NCBI GenBank assembly: GCA_002269645.1 | Contig: NIVC01000172.1 | Coordinates: 458,558 to 522,557 of the forward strand | DNA: 64,000 bases | Direction: 5' to 3' | Source of the DNA: Macrostomum lignano | Taxonomy: Eukaryota | Made by a program: the position numbers and the translations under genes | Shown: positions 35,101 through 45,900 of the stretch, in pieces | How positions within the stretch are numbered: the first letter of the stretch is position 1 | How the letters are laid out: every line of letters starts with the position of its first letter | Notes under the pieces: model-generated | Told to the model about the DNA's origin: nothing | The model's database searches: none | Seen by the model: only the letters and a program-made list of their open reading frames with translations

Positions 35101-38100
35101 AACCAGAAGGATCAAAGAGACCCATTAGACTGTGTGGAGACTATTCAGTCACTCTCAACAGACTGATAGACCGAGATCGATATCGACTGCCAACTTTGAA
35201 AGAAATCCTTCAAAAGATCCCAAATTCGAAAGTGTATTCAGTGCTCGACCTCGAAGACGCATTCTTGCAGATTTCCCTAACGCCAGAAAGTCAGGATCTT
35301 ACGTGTATTTCCACCCACGTAGGACATTTTGCCTTCCGCAAGTTACAATTTGGGATATCGGCAGCACCACTGATATTTCAGGAAGTTATGGATATCTTGC
35401 TCAAAGAAATACCAGGCACTGCTTCTTATCAGGACGACATCATTCTAGGCACTGAAACAGTGGAGCAGCATCGACAGATCCTGGTGCAAGTCAAGGAAAA
35501 ACTGAAAAAGCATGGATTCAAGATCAATGAGCGTAAGACTCAGGAGTGCAAGAAAGAAGTTAAGTTTTGGGGATTTCTTCTCCGAGATGGGAAACTACTG
35601 CCTGATCCTGCAAGAGTGGAAGCTCTATCCAACTTGTCAGAGCCAAAGGACCGGGATCAATTGAGAAGTGCTATATGCACCTTAAGACACTACGGGATTT
35701 TTTGTCGGAATTTCTCTATGATCGCCAAGCCACTCTATTACCTCCTAAAGAAAGGAGTTCAGTGGAAATGGACTGTCGTTCACTCAGGTGCGTTCTCCCA
35801 ACTGAAAGCTGCTGTAACGGAAGGTCGAATCGTTTCTTATGATATAAAAAGGCCGTTGTTTCTAACCTGCGACGCTTCTCAGAGTGGAGTAGGATTTGTG
35901 CTGTCCCACGACACGAACCAAAAAGAAATTGTATGGCTGGGAAGCAGAGTTTTGACCAAGGCTGAGGCCAACTATGCCAACATTGAGCGGGAGGCTCTTG
36001 CAATTATCGAGGGTGTAAAATATTTTCATCAATTTCTGGCAGGCCGTCATTTTACCATCATCTCTGATCACAGACCTTTGCAGTACATCTTCTCTACAAC
36101 AAAAGTTCCTGACCGAGTTTCTGCGAGACTCCAGAGATGGGCATTGCTGCTCAGATCCTATGACTACACCGTCACTTACTCAAAGGGAGACACCATGCTC
36201 GCAGCAGATACTCTGTCCAGAATTCCTTCAACAAACGCTTCTACTTCGTTTTCAAATTTTGATGTCAATCTGCTGGAGGTAAACTCTCTCGTAGAATTTT
36301 CTTCTTCTGGGAGAATTCTTCGGCGTGTCGCCAACACCAGAGACCCTGAAATTGATATTATCAAGAAGTTTGTTACTCAAGGTTGGCCAAGCTACATTTC
36401 TAAACAGCTGCTTCCGTACACCAAATCCAAGGCGGAATACTCCATTCAAAACGGGATTCTGTTCAAAGGGATCCGAATCGTGCCTCCAAAGTCCATGCGC
36501 AAAGAAATTCTTCAAATTCTTCACGAGAATCATCCGGGCATTGTGCGCATGATCAGACTAGCTCGAGAGTACTTCTGGTGGCCTTACATTGACGCCCAGA
36601 TCAATAGCTTCGTTCAAAGGTGTCCTTCCTGCCAACTAAATTCGAGAAAGCGAACAAATGCAAATCTGCATTCATGGGAGGATACAAAGTTCTTCTTCGA
36701 ACGTGTTCATCTGGACATAGCATATTTCAAGGAGAAACACTTCTTGGTTCTCATCGACTCGTTCTCTCGGTGGATTGATGTACATCAGCTGTCAAATCTC
36801 ACAGCCAACTCTCCTATTCCAGCATGCAGACGAACATTTAAGTACATGGGACTTCCAACGTGCATTGTGACTGACAATGGAACCAATTTTCGATCAAAAG
36901 AGTTCGCAGAATTTCTCAAGAAGAATCTAATTAACCACGTCCTAACACCACCTGGTCATCACCAGTCAAATGGGATTGTGGAGAGAGCTATCCAAGAGTT
37001 GAAAGTGACTCTGAAGCAGAACAGTAATGACATAGGTTCCGAATGTGAGAAAGTGTTGATATCATTCTGCCTTTCGAAGAACACTACACTGAATTCCAAT
37101 GGAGCGATTCCTGCTGCACAACTGTTTATGCAACGCCCAAGAACGCGCCTCACTGCAACCTTTACAGAATGGAACAAACCGCTAACTACCCCAATTCCTG
37201 TCTACATCAACGTAGAAGGAAAGTCAGACAAGGTCGCAGAAGAAATCCAAGGACTTCATGGATCAAATACCTACTTGGACAGCAAAGGACGGGTTGTCCA
37301 TGCATCTGATGCAACGCCAAGGACTACAGAGAACTCACAAGAGATTACCTCGCCTAGACCTGCCAATGTTGGCAGCAAGGAGAAGGAAATGGAGACTACG
37401 ACTCCTGCTGAAGTGGAGACAACCAGCGATCAAAGTCCCGAGTACCAAGTTTCTCGTCGAAGTCAGAGGCTCCGAAAAGCCCCTGATCGGCTGACCTATT
37501 TCTGATTTATTTGATCGTTAGACAAAATAGAAAACAGTCATTTATTTTTCTCCAGGTTAATTGCTAAAATGTGGGGGTGTTGTGTATGAACTTAAGTTCT
37601 ATGGTTTATGGGCGAAGCCTTATTCATATTTTAAGTATAGCAGCCAGCTACTTCGCTGCTGAAAAATATACGCGCTGCATGCATCTACGATCTCTTCCTA
37701 ACTCGGCACCTTGCATTCGTCTCCGTTACTACGAAAAGTACAACACCCCTCTTTTATCTCCCCCATCTCCTCTCCCCTCTCTCCTCTCCTTTCTCTCCTC
37801 TCCCCTCTCTCCTCTCCCTTCTCTCCTCTCCCCTCTCTCCTCTCCCTTCTCTCCTCTCCCCTCTCTCCTCTCCCTTCTTTCCTCTCCTCTCTTCTCTATT
37901 CTCTCTTTCCCTTACTCTGGCGGGCAGTCATACGCTAGATTCTCCATTCTGCCTATTAAGGTAAAAAGTTTTCCAAACCCTTCCGTAGCCCTACTCAACC
38001 TGATCACACCTTTCCAGGGTGAGAGCGCTTACGCATTCGTAACTCTGAAGGACGGCGCCACCTTTGACGACAGCCTAGTGCGCCAGCTACTAGTAATTGT

Positions 38101-38293
38101 GCGCGAACGGATTGGCGCCTTCGCCGCGCCCGACACTATCCAGGAGGCGCCGGCGCTGCCGAAAACTCGGTCTGGCAAAATTATGCGACGAATATTGCGA
38201 GAAATTGCCGCCAAAAGTGAGAACTATGGCGACGTGAGCACCCTGGCTGATCCTGGAGTTATTGAGACTCTGGTGGCGCTTCGGACCGTCTGA
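26194..38293 (+). CDS. ACSS2: Acetyl-CoA synthetase, cytosolic ACSS2 type, 698 aa
   Basis: Exons 26194-26607, 28093-28280, 28745-29186, 30709-30867, 30975-31385, 32059-32265 and 38018-38293 (2097 nt). Contains [24 protein letters not shown] and [11 protein letters not shown]. No obvious mitochondrial presequence. Confidence 0.95.
26715..28050. repeat. 24-bp minisatellite (TTTAGTATCCGACTTGGCGCCATT)n with higher-order structure, ACSS2 intron 1
   Basis: Block 26881-27287 recurs at an offset of 720 bp. Confidence 0.95.
28285..28650. repeat. 30-bp minisatellite, ACSS2 intron 2
   Basis: (CTACCCTCCTGTCTGCCTCCCCGCCCTCCC)n. Confidence 0.92.
29260..30660. repeat. 34-bp minisatellite, ACSS2 intron 3
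   Basis: (GATGACCAGCTGAGTGATATTCCAAGAAACCCCT)n, about 41 copies. Confidence 0.96.
31425..31982. repeat. 24-bp minisatellite, ACSS2 intron 5
   Basis: (CTCCCTACTGAGCCTGCCTCTCCG)n. Confidence 0.95.
33655..33666 (+). promoter_or_regulatory. Primer binding site, probably tRNA-Ser(GCU)
   Basis: The reverse complement TCCTCGTCGCCA matches the 3' end of eukaryotic tRNA-Ser(GCU) (...CCTCGTCG-CCA) as I recall it. Confidence 0.75.
33750..37505 (+). CDS. Single gag-pol polyprotein (about 1251 aa from ATG 33750)
   Basis: Two CCHC knuckles ([28 protein letters not shown]), protease VDSGS, RT YQDD, RNase H (CDASQSG...DHRPL), integrase HHCC (HENH...CPSC) and D,D-E core (VTDNG...NGIVERA). Gypsy domain order, no stops. 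Confidence 0.96.
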   Translation: MPLCYPDVEQYFKRLGFYISATEKNDQSKAVLLATCGDAAFSLIETLVQPEDILNDTKCTFDFIKEAVLSHLKPKRLLHYDRHLLHTMVQIQGESVTKFLERLKTQANKCEFGNLREELILSQYIFGLADNSLQQKILVKEKLDLETAVKDSLLSESVSQATDSSKTVAAVQKTTHKKTGSNQKYPTVSRPMPTAPNHSKSSCHSCGNPGHLRNTCKLRNATCHKCGKTGHIARACRSNIGSSKKVTYAEVEATDADPPDSAVYSVIKATPCDELWKIVCTIGDSTVHMCVDSGSQVTILSVTIVEQAGLHMGDADIRSLKVFGGASVSVRGMAKDVTIELRNGKTACGDIYVGDPSSQAILGINFIRAFNLLTVDEFLCHPVQCDENSRFQASFRLKDGASTDEMCFPARSLPFSIKTLVELELKRLESAGIIYPVHSPKVSCPIVPVLKPEGSKRPIRLCGDYSVTLNRLIDRDRYRLPTLKEILQKIPNSKVYSVLDLEDAFLQISLTPESQDLTCISTHVGHFAFRKLQFGISAAPLIFQEVMDILLKEIPGTASYQDDIILGTETVEQHRQILVQVKEKLKKHGFKINERKTQECKKEVKFWGFLLRDGKLLPDPARVEALSNLSEPKDRDQLRSAICTLRHYGIFCRNFSMIAKPLYYLLKKGVQWKWTVVHSGAFSQLKAAVTEGRIVSYDIKRPLFLTCDASQSGVGFVLSHDTNQKEIVWLGSRVLTKAEANYANIEREALAIIEGVKYFHQFLAGRHFTIISDHRPLQYIFSTTKVPDRVSARLQRWALLLRSYDYTVTYSKGDTMLAADTLSRIPSTNASTSFSNFDVNLLEVNSLVEFSSSGRILRRVANTRDPEIDIIKKFVTQGWPSYISKQLLPYTKSKAEYSIQNGILFKGIRIVPPKSMRKEILQILHENHPGIVRMIRLAREYFWWPYIDAQINSFVQRCPSCQLNSRKRTNANLHSWEDTKFFFERVHLDIAYFKEKHFLVLIDSFSRWIDVHQLSNLTANSPIPACRRTFKYMGLPTCIVTDNGTNFRSKEFAEFLKKNLINHVLTPPGHHQSNGIVERAIQELKVTLKQNSNDIGSECEKVLISFCLSKNTTLNSNGAIPAAQLFMQRPRTRLTATFTEWNKPLTTPIPVYINVEGKSDKVAEEIQGLHGSNTYLDSKGRVVHASDATPRTTENSQEITSPRPANVGSKEKEMETTTPAEVETTSDQSPEYQVSRRSQRLRKAPDRLTYF

Positions 38294-38459
38294 GCTGATG
38301 AGCTGAATGGCAAATTCAGTGACTTCTATTTTCTATTGTAATTTACTCCATTTGGTCATGCGAGTTGAGTTTCTTTAGATGCAAAAATAACTTCGTGCAC
38401 TGATCATGACTAGACTGATGTTTGTCAGCAAGGGGTTCTTGTGAACTTCTTTTACATTC

Positions 38460-38925
38460 ACTCTGCTCTTGGGGGTCAACTGACCCCCTACGTAGCGTCC
38501 AGTTTGATTTCTATCGATTCTGCTCCTGGAGGGGTCAACTGACCCCCTATATGTAGCGTCCAGTTTGATTTCCATCGATTCTGCTCCTGGGGGGGTCAAC
38601 TGACCTCCTACCGGTATATGTAGCGTCCAGTTTGATTTCCATCGATTCTGCTCCTGGAGGGGTCAACTGACCTCCTATATGTAGCGTCCAGTTTGATTTC
38701 CATCGATTCTGCTCCTGGAGGGGTCAACTGACCTCCTATATGTAGCGTCCAGTTTGATTTCCATCGATTCTGCTCCTGGAGGGGTCAACTGACCCCCTAT
38801 ATGTAGCGTCCAGTTTGATTTCCATTGGTTCTAATCCTCGTGGGGTCAACTGACCCCTATACGAGAATGCAGCGTCAAGTTTGATTTAAATTGATTTTAA
38901 TCCTGGTGGGGTCAGCTGACCCTCC
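38460..38925. repeat. 59-bp tandem repeat with an internal GGGGTCA-ACT-GACCCC hairpin
   Basis: About 7 copies downstream of the ACSS2 stop. Confidence 0.9.
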
Positions 38926-39579
38926 CACTTGATTTTCATTTATTCAGCCCTTCGGAAAGTCTATATATTTGTAAATTTGTGTGTCCAACATGTAGCTCAG
39001 ATATCTCCTTAGCTTAATTAATTAATTGTCTAATTATGCTACTTACCGTCACGCATTACTACATTTACCTAGTAGTAAAGTACGCACATGAACATTCCTA
39101 TCACCAGTTGCATGTCGCATCCCTGCCACTTCCAGCCTAGTCTTAAAAAGTTATCTTTTTGTTGCTTAGCTTTTGGGGGAAATCTTATAAGATAATTATA
39201 GCTTTTTTATGCTATTGAGACCGATCAACTAGTGAAAATATCCCTTGCCGTCGTGATTTTGTTGTGCTTCTGCTATTTATTTTTTCCAGGAAACTATCCT
39301 GTTTCAAAACGGTGCGCATCACTTTGTTATTATTGGTTCAATTCGTTATCAATATCGACTCCGTGGAACGTAATTCAATTTATCCGTTTTTACTGCTTAC
39401 TTTTTGTGCCAACAAATTTACTTTTGTTATTTTCTCATCTTCCGCATATGTAGTTCGCACCTGACAAATTAGACATTCTTATGGTTATAGACAGGTAACA
39501 TTTGCTACCCTGTAAAATCTAAAATCATTCAATTCTAATATTTCGACTTTGACATGAAAATCTTTATGTTGTGACGCAA

Positions 39580-40152
39580 AACCTCCGAGATTCTCAGTTG
39601 CTGGGCCAGCCTCCCAGATCCTCAGTTGCTGGGCCAGCCTCACAGATCCTCAGTTGCTGGGCCACCCTCCGAGATCCTCAGTTGCTGTGCCAGCCTCCCA
39701 GATCCTCAGTTGCTGGGCCAGCCTCCCAGATCCTCAGTTGCTGGGCCAGCCTCCGAGATCCTCAGTTGCTGGGCCAGCACACTCCAAGATCCTCAGTTGC
39801 TGTGCCAGCCTCCGAGATCCTCAGTTGCTGGGCCAGCCTCCCAGATCCTCAGTTGCTGGGCCAGCCTCCCAGATCCTCAGTTGCTGGGCCAGCCTCCCAG
39901 ATCATCAGTTGCTGGGCCAGCCTCCCAGATCCTCAGTTGCTGGGCCAGCCTCCCAGATCATCAGTTGCTGGGCCAGCCTCCCAGATCCTCAGTTGCTGGG
40001 CCAGCCTCCCAGATCATCAGTTGCTGGGCCAGCCTCCCAGATCCTCAGTTGCTGGGCCAGCCTCCCAGATCCTCAGTTGCTGGGCCAGCCTCCCAGATCC
40101 TCAGTTGCTGGGCCAGCCTCCCAGATCCTCAGTTGCTGGGCCAGCCTCCCAG
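39580..40152. repeat. 28-bp minisatellite, locus 2
   Basis: (CTGGGCCAGCCTCCCAGATCCTCAGTTG)n. Confidence 0.95.
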
Positions 40153-40549
40153 ACATCGCTGCTTCCTTGCCTTCCATTCAGCACCATACCGCCTTTACTG
40201 TTAATATTACTTCAATGCGCGGGTCTTACATTTGTAAATGAATTGCAGTTGAGCAAATGCTATATACGGATAATTAGTGCGGCTGCGTAAATCCCCTATT
40301 GTTGCGTTTTTGCTCGATTGTCAATTTGTTAGGGCTTTTTAACACACTTGCTTATCTATTGTCCTCTTACTGCTGTCATTTTATTCACAATAAAGTCCAT
40401 TTGCACACGGTACCATTCTAGGGTACTATTTATATATGTAGTGCGTTGGAACTTTAATTATTTAGCGGTTTTTTTGTTCTAGTAATGTCACTTTAGACTT
40501 AACATTTGATCTTTGTCTCTCAAACTAGTTTTATCGGAAGTTACTAAGC

Positions 40550-41335
40550 TAACCCTAACTCTACCATTCAGTAATTAGCTACCCCTTAATCTAACATTCA
40601 GTAATTAGCTACCCCTCACTCTACCAGTCAGTAATTAGCTACCCCTTAATCTACTATTCAGTAATTAGCTACCCCTCACTCTACCATTCAGTAATTAGCT
40701 ACCCCTTAATCTACCATTCAGTAATTAGCTACCCCTCACTCTACCATTCAGTAATTAGCTACCCCTTAATCTACTATTCAGTAGTTAGCTACCCCTTAAT
40801 CTACCATTCAGTAATTAGCTACCCCTAACTCTACCATTCAGTAATTAGCTACCCCTTAATCTACTATTCAGTAGTTAGCTACCCCTTAATCTACCATTCA
40901 GTAATTAGCTACCCCTTAATATATCATTCAGTAATTAGCTTCCCCTTACTCTACCATTCAGTAATTAGCTTCCCCTTAATATACCATTCAGTAATTAGCT
41001 ACCCCTTAATATACCATTCAGTAATTAGCTACCCCTTAATATACCATTCAGTAATTAGCTTCCCCTTAATATACCATTCAGTAATTAGCTACCCCTTAAT
41101 ATACCATTCAGTAATTAGCTACCCCTTAATATACCATTCAGTAATTAGCTTCCCCTTAATATACCATTCAGTAATTAGCTACCCCTTAATATACCATTCA
41201 GTAATTAGCTTCCCCTTACTCTACCATTCAGTAATTAGCTACCCCTTAATATACCATTCAGTAATTAGCTACCCCTTAATATACCATTCAGTAATTAGCT
41301 TCCCCTTACTCTACCATTCAGTAATTAGCGACCCC
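40550..41335. repeat. 30-bp minisatellite (CTACCATTCAGTAATTAGCTACCCCTTAAT)n
   Basis: About 26 copies. Confidence 0.95.
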
Positions 41336-41684
41336 CTCTATCATTCTGAGCTAGTCAGTGTGCTTATTAGTGGGCAACGCGCTTTATTTCTGTGCGGCAA
41401 TCTGAGTCCCTACTTGAGTGCAGCTTGTCAGACACAGCATTGGTATGCAGCTAAAAGGGGTGAAGGCAAGAAAAAGAAATTTGAACTTTGACCCGCCCTC
41501 TGCACCTGGGGGAGGGCAAAGACGAATAGCCGTTAAATGAACTGCTATTTGAGCTGCAATTTTTCGAATTTCAAGATTTACGAGTAGTTTTTGTTATTTG
41601 TGCAGTATCTAATGTTGCAGCAAGCTGTTGAGACATTGACAGAGTAGTCTAAGTTAGTCTCTCAGACCCACCGCGACCTTCTCC

Positions 41685-42655
41685 GATTCTCAGTTGCTGG
41701 GCCAGCCTCCCAGAGTGTCAGCTGCTGGGCCAGCCTCCCAAATCCTCAGCTGCTGGGCCAGCCTCCCAAATCCTCAGTTGCTGGGCCAGCCTCCCAGAGT
41801 GTCAGCTGCTGGGCCAGCCTCCCAAATCCTCAGTTGCTGGGCCAGCCTCCCAGAGTGTCAGCTGCTGGGCTAGCCTCCCAAATCCTCAGTTGCTGGGCCA
41901 GCCTCCCAGAGTGTCAGCTGCTGGGCCAGCCTCCCAAATCCTCAGTTGCTGGGCCAGCCTCCCAGAGTGTCAGCTGCTGGGCCAGCCTCCCAAATCCTCA
42001 GTTGCTGGGCCAGCCTCGCAGAGTGTCAGCTACTGTGCCAGCTTCCCAGATCCCCAGTTGCTGGGCCAGCCTCCCAGATCCTCAGTTGCTGGGCCAGCCT
42101 CCCAGAGTGTCAGCTGCTGGGCCAGCCTCCCAAATCCTCAGTTGCTGGGCCAGCCTCCCAAATCCTCAGTTGCTGGGCCAGCCTCCCAAATCCTCAGTTG
42201 CTGGGCCAGCCTCCCAAATCCTCAGTTGCTGGGCCAGCCTCCCAGATCCTCAGTTGCTGGGCCAGCCTCCCAAATCCTCAGCTGCTGGGCCAGCCTCCCA
42301 AATCCTCAGTTGCTTTGCCAGCCTCCCAGATCCTCAGTTGCTGGGCCAGCCTCCCAAATCCTCAGTTGCTGGGCCAGCCTCCCAAATCCTCAGTTGCTTT
42401 GCCAGCCTCCCAGATCCTCAGTTGCTGGGCCAGCCTCCCAAATCCTCAGTTGCTGGGCCAGCCTCCCAAATCCTCAGTTGCTTTGCCAGCCTCCCAGATC
42501 CTCAGTTGCTGGGCCAGCCTCCCAAATCCTCAGTTGCTGGGCCAGCCTCCCAAATCCTCAGTTGCTTTGCCAGCCTCCCAGATCCTCAGTTGCTGGGCCA
42601 GCCTCCCAAATCCTCAGTTGCTGGGCCAGCCTCCCAAATCCTCAGTTGCTGAGCC
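41685..42655. repeat. 28-bp minisatellite, locus 3
   Basis: Same family as loci 1 and 2, with AAATCC and AGAGTGTC variants in higher-order patterns. Confidence 0.95.
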
Positions 42656-42979
42656 ACTGCTACGCTCTCAGATGCCCTAGCAACGGCCACACCCCCGCAA
42701 ATCCTCAGCCTGGACCAGCACATGTCTCATGAAAATAGAACCTCTCATTAGTAATGAAAGAGCTAAATAAGAAGCTCAGTGCTGCACTGCAGTCTGTTAT
42801 CTCTAGCCGAGCCAGTAGCAGTCAGTGGCTTGGCCTCGCATTGAATCTCTAGGTGTATAAAGCTCAGCTCTTAGAATAGTGGCTAGGCTACTCTGCCCAG
42901 GACTATCTAGTCTTACATAGACACCCCTGTACACTGGCTTCTAGCCCTTGCGTTTCCGTCCGCGCCCTCTTCAGCCCCG

Positions 42980-45900
42980 ATGCTCCGAGCAGCTCTGCTA
43001 GCCGCCAGCGGCAGTCGAATCGCCACTCGGACTGCCCTGCATCATCAGTCTCAGCTGCTTGGCAGCACTAATCGTCTAGTTGCCATGGCAACCGCCGCCC
43101 GGGACAAGCACGTCAGCAGCAGCGTACGCGACGGTGTCGCTGTGCTGAAATTCGACAGCCCGGACGCCAAGGTGAACACGCTGAGCAAGGAGTCGCAGGC
43201 TGAGCTGATGTCGGCCCTGAGAGCGGCCGAGTCCAATTCGGACGTGAAAGCGCTGGTGCTGATCTCCGGCAAGCCCGCCTGCTTCATCGCTGGCGCCGAC
43301 ATCCAGATGCTGGCCTCGTGCAAATCCGCCGCCGAGGTCACCCAGCTGTCCAAGGCCGGTCAGGCCGACTTGCAGGCGCTGGAGGACTGCAAGAAGCCCG
43401 TGGTGGCGGCCATCATGGGCCAGTGCCTGGGCGGCGGCCTGGAGGTCGCCTTGGCTGCGCACTATCGCATCGCCGTCAACGATAAGAAAACTGTGCTCGG
43501 TCTGCCGGAGGTTCTGCTCGGCCTTCTGCCTGGTGCCGGAGGTAAAATAACTCTTGTTTCTATGTTGCCGATATGTATCGAAAATATCAATCAACCTGAT
43601 CTATAGAGGCAGAGGTTTTTTAAGCATTGGCCGATATGTATCGAAAATTTTGTCACACAAAGGCTACATGCATTAGCCGATATGTATCGAAAATTTTCAT
43701 CACACAGAGGCTACATGCATTAGCCGATATGTATCGAAAACTTCATCACACAGAGGCTACATGCATTAGCCGATATGTATCGAAAATTTTCATCACACAG
43801 AGGCTACATGCATTAGCCGATATGTATCGAAAACTTCATCACACAGAGGCTACATGCATTAGCCGATATGTATCGAAAATTTTCATCACACAGAGGCTAC
43901 ATGCATTAGCCGATATGTATCAAACCAAAACGCAATTTTCCGCAGGCACTCAACGCCTTCCCCGACTGGTGCCGATAACCGAAGCCCTGTCGATGATCCT
44001 GCAGGGCAAGAATGTGCCAGCTAAAAAAGCCAAGCGCATCGGCCTGGTGCACCAGCTGGTTGAGCCGCTCGGGCCAGGACTGGACGCACCCGAGAACAAC
44101 ACTCTGCGCCTGCTGGAGGACGTTGCCGTGGAAACGGCATCCGGTTTGGCCAGCGGTCGGGTGAAGCCGACCCCGCGATCGCCCTCTCTGGCCGAACGGG
44201 CCACCGCTATGATGCTCAACTACAGCTGGGGCAGGAACTTCATCTTCGAGCGGCAGGCCCGGGCCACTGTCATGAAGCAGACTGGTGGCCTGTACCCCGC
44301 TCCGCTGAAGATCATCGACCTGCTCAAGGCCTGCCAGGAGCGGCCGCAGGACCGCCAGTTCGGCTTCGATCTGGAGGCTAAGGTAAGGGCGTCTGCCGCC
44401 GCCTCTCCGCCCCTCCATTTCCGACTGAATCTGCCGCCTCTCCGTCCCTCCCTTTCCTATTGAATCTGCCGCCTCTCCGTCCCTCCCTTTCCTATTGAAT
44501 CTGCCGCCTCTCCGTCCCTCCCTTTCCTATTGAATCTGCCGCCTCTCCGTCCCTCCCTTTCCTATTGAATCTGCCGCCTCTCCGTCCCTCCCTTTCCTAT
44601 TGAATCTGCCGCCTCTCCGTCCCTCCCTTTCCGATTGAATCTGCCGCCCCTCCCTTTCCCATTGAATCTGCCGCCTCTCCGCCCCTTCCTTTCCGACTGA
44701 ATCTGCCGCCTCTCCGTCCCTCCCTTTCCTATTGAATCTGCCGCCTCTCCGTCCCTCCCTTTCCGATTGAATCTGCCGCCCCTCCCTTTCCCATTGAATC
44801 TGCCGCCTCTCCGCCCCTTCCTTTCCGACTGAATCTGCCGCCAACCCGCTCTGCCTGAACTTCGCCTTGCTTTCTCCTGCTGCTGCATGCAATCAGTTAA
44901 TTTCGCACCTGCACTCGCACCCGCACTCGCACCCGGCAGTCATTTGGCGAGCTGGCCGCCACGCCAGAGTCCAAGGCGCTGTTCGGCCTGTTCTTCGGCC
45001 AGACCGAGACCAAGAAGAACCGCTGGGGCAAGCCGCAGCGCCCCACCCAGTGCGTTGGCGTCCTCGGCGCCGGCCTGATGGGCGCCGGCATCTCGCAGGT
45101 CACCATCGACAAGGGCCTGGCCACGGTGATGAAGGACGCCAACGAGGCTGGCTTGGCTCGCGGCCAGGAACAGATCCAGTCCGGGCTGAAGGGTCAGGTA
45201 TGCGGCAACTTTCTCTACCTGGCTTATCATCTTCGTTTAGCCCTCACACCTTACCGTGACCGATGGATAGGCGCGAACAAGCAGACTGAATAGAATTTGT
45301 TATGAATGCAAAATGCGATTCTAATTCATAAAGTGACGTTGCAGTCGCAGATGCGCTTTAGACGCAACTCAGCGATTTTACAGCGACTCCAGCACGCCTC
45401 AGATCTGACTTTACGGCCCCAGAGTCATTATAGAAACGACTCTTTGACAACTTTTTGGCGACTTGTACCGTGACATCTGGTCGTTTTAGAGTCGTCTAGA
45501 GTCACTTCTTTCCTATTTTCCTACCTGTGCTTCCTGCAACGAATCTGGGACTCTTCTTGGCCTTGAAACTGGCCTCGACTTTTCGACTAGATAGAAAATT
45601 TCGACATTGCAATACGCCAGTATCTTAGCTTAATTACCTTAACACATCTCTATCACTAATCGCTGGGTAATGCCCTGTCAATCAATCAACTCATCAAAGG
45701 TGAAGCGGAAACGCCTGAGCAGTTTCGAGGCTGACCGGCTCTACTCGAACCTCACCGCCACCCTGGACTATGCCGAGCTGAAACGCTGCGACATCGTTGT
45801 CGAGGCCGTGTTTGAAGACATCAACATCAAGCACCGCGTATTGAAGGAAGTCGAAGCCGTCATTCCGCCGCACTGCGTGTTCGCCAGCAACACCTCCGCC

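Larger units (their letters stand above)
33487..37745 (+). mobile_element. Full-length Ty3/Gypsy LTR retrotransposon, Mag-like, 4259 bp
   Basis: LTRs 33487-33654 and 37578-37745 (168 bp, TG...CA, one mismatch). 5-bp TSD CCCCT at 33482-33486 and 37746-37750. PBS TGGCGACGAGGA at 33655. G-rich tract just before the 3' LTR. Confidence 0.97.
32320..37990 (+). repeat. Dispersed element with CT-rich core, copy 3, split by the Gypsy insertion
   Basis: Head TCTTTAAAACTTCACAATACGAGATAGCAAT...GTGTCTCTT at about 32390-32440; CT tracts at 32440-33486 and 37746-37915. Confidence 0.6.

Noticed and set aside
39232-39464. Hydrophobic short ORF resembling a secreted peptide
   Set aside because: T-rich low-complexity DNA with codon usage unlike the host genes.
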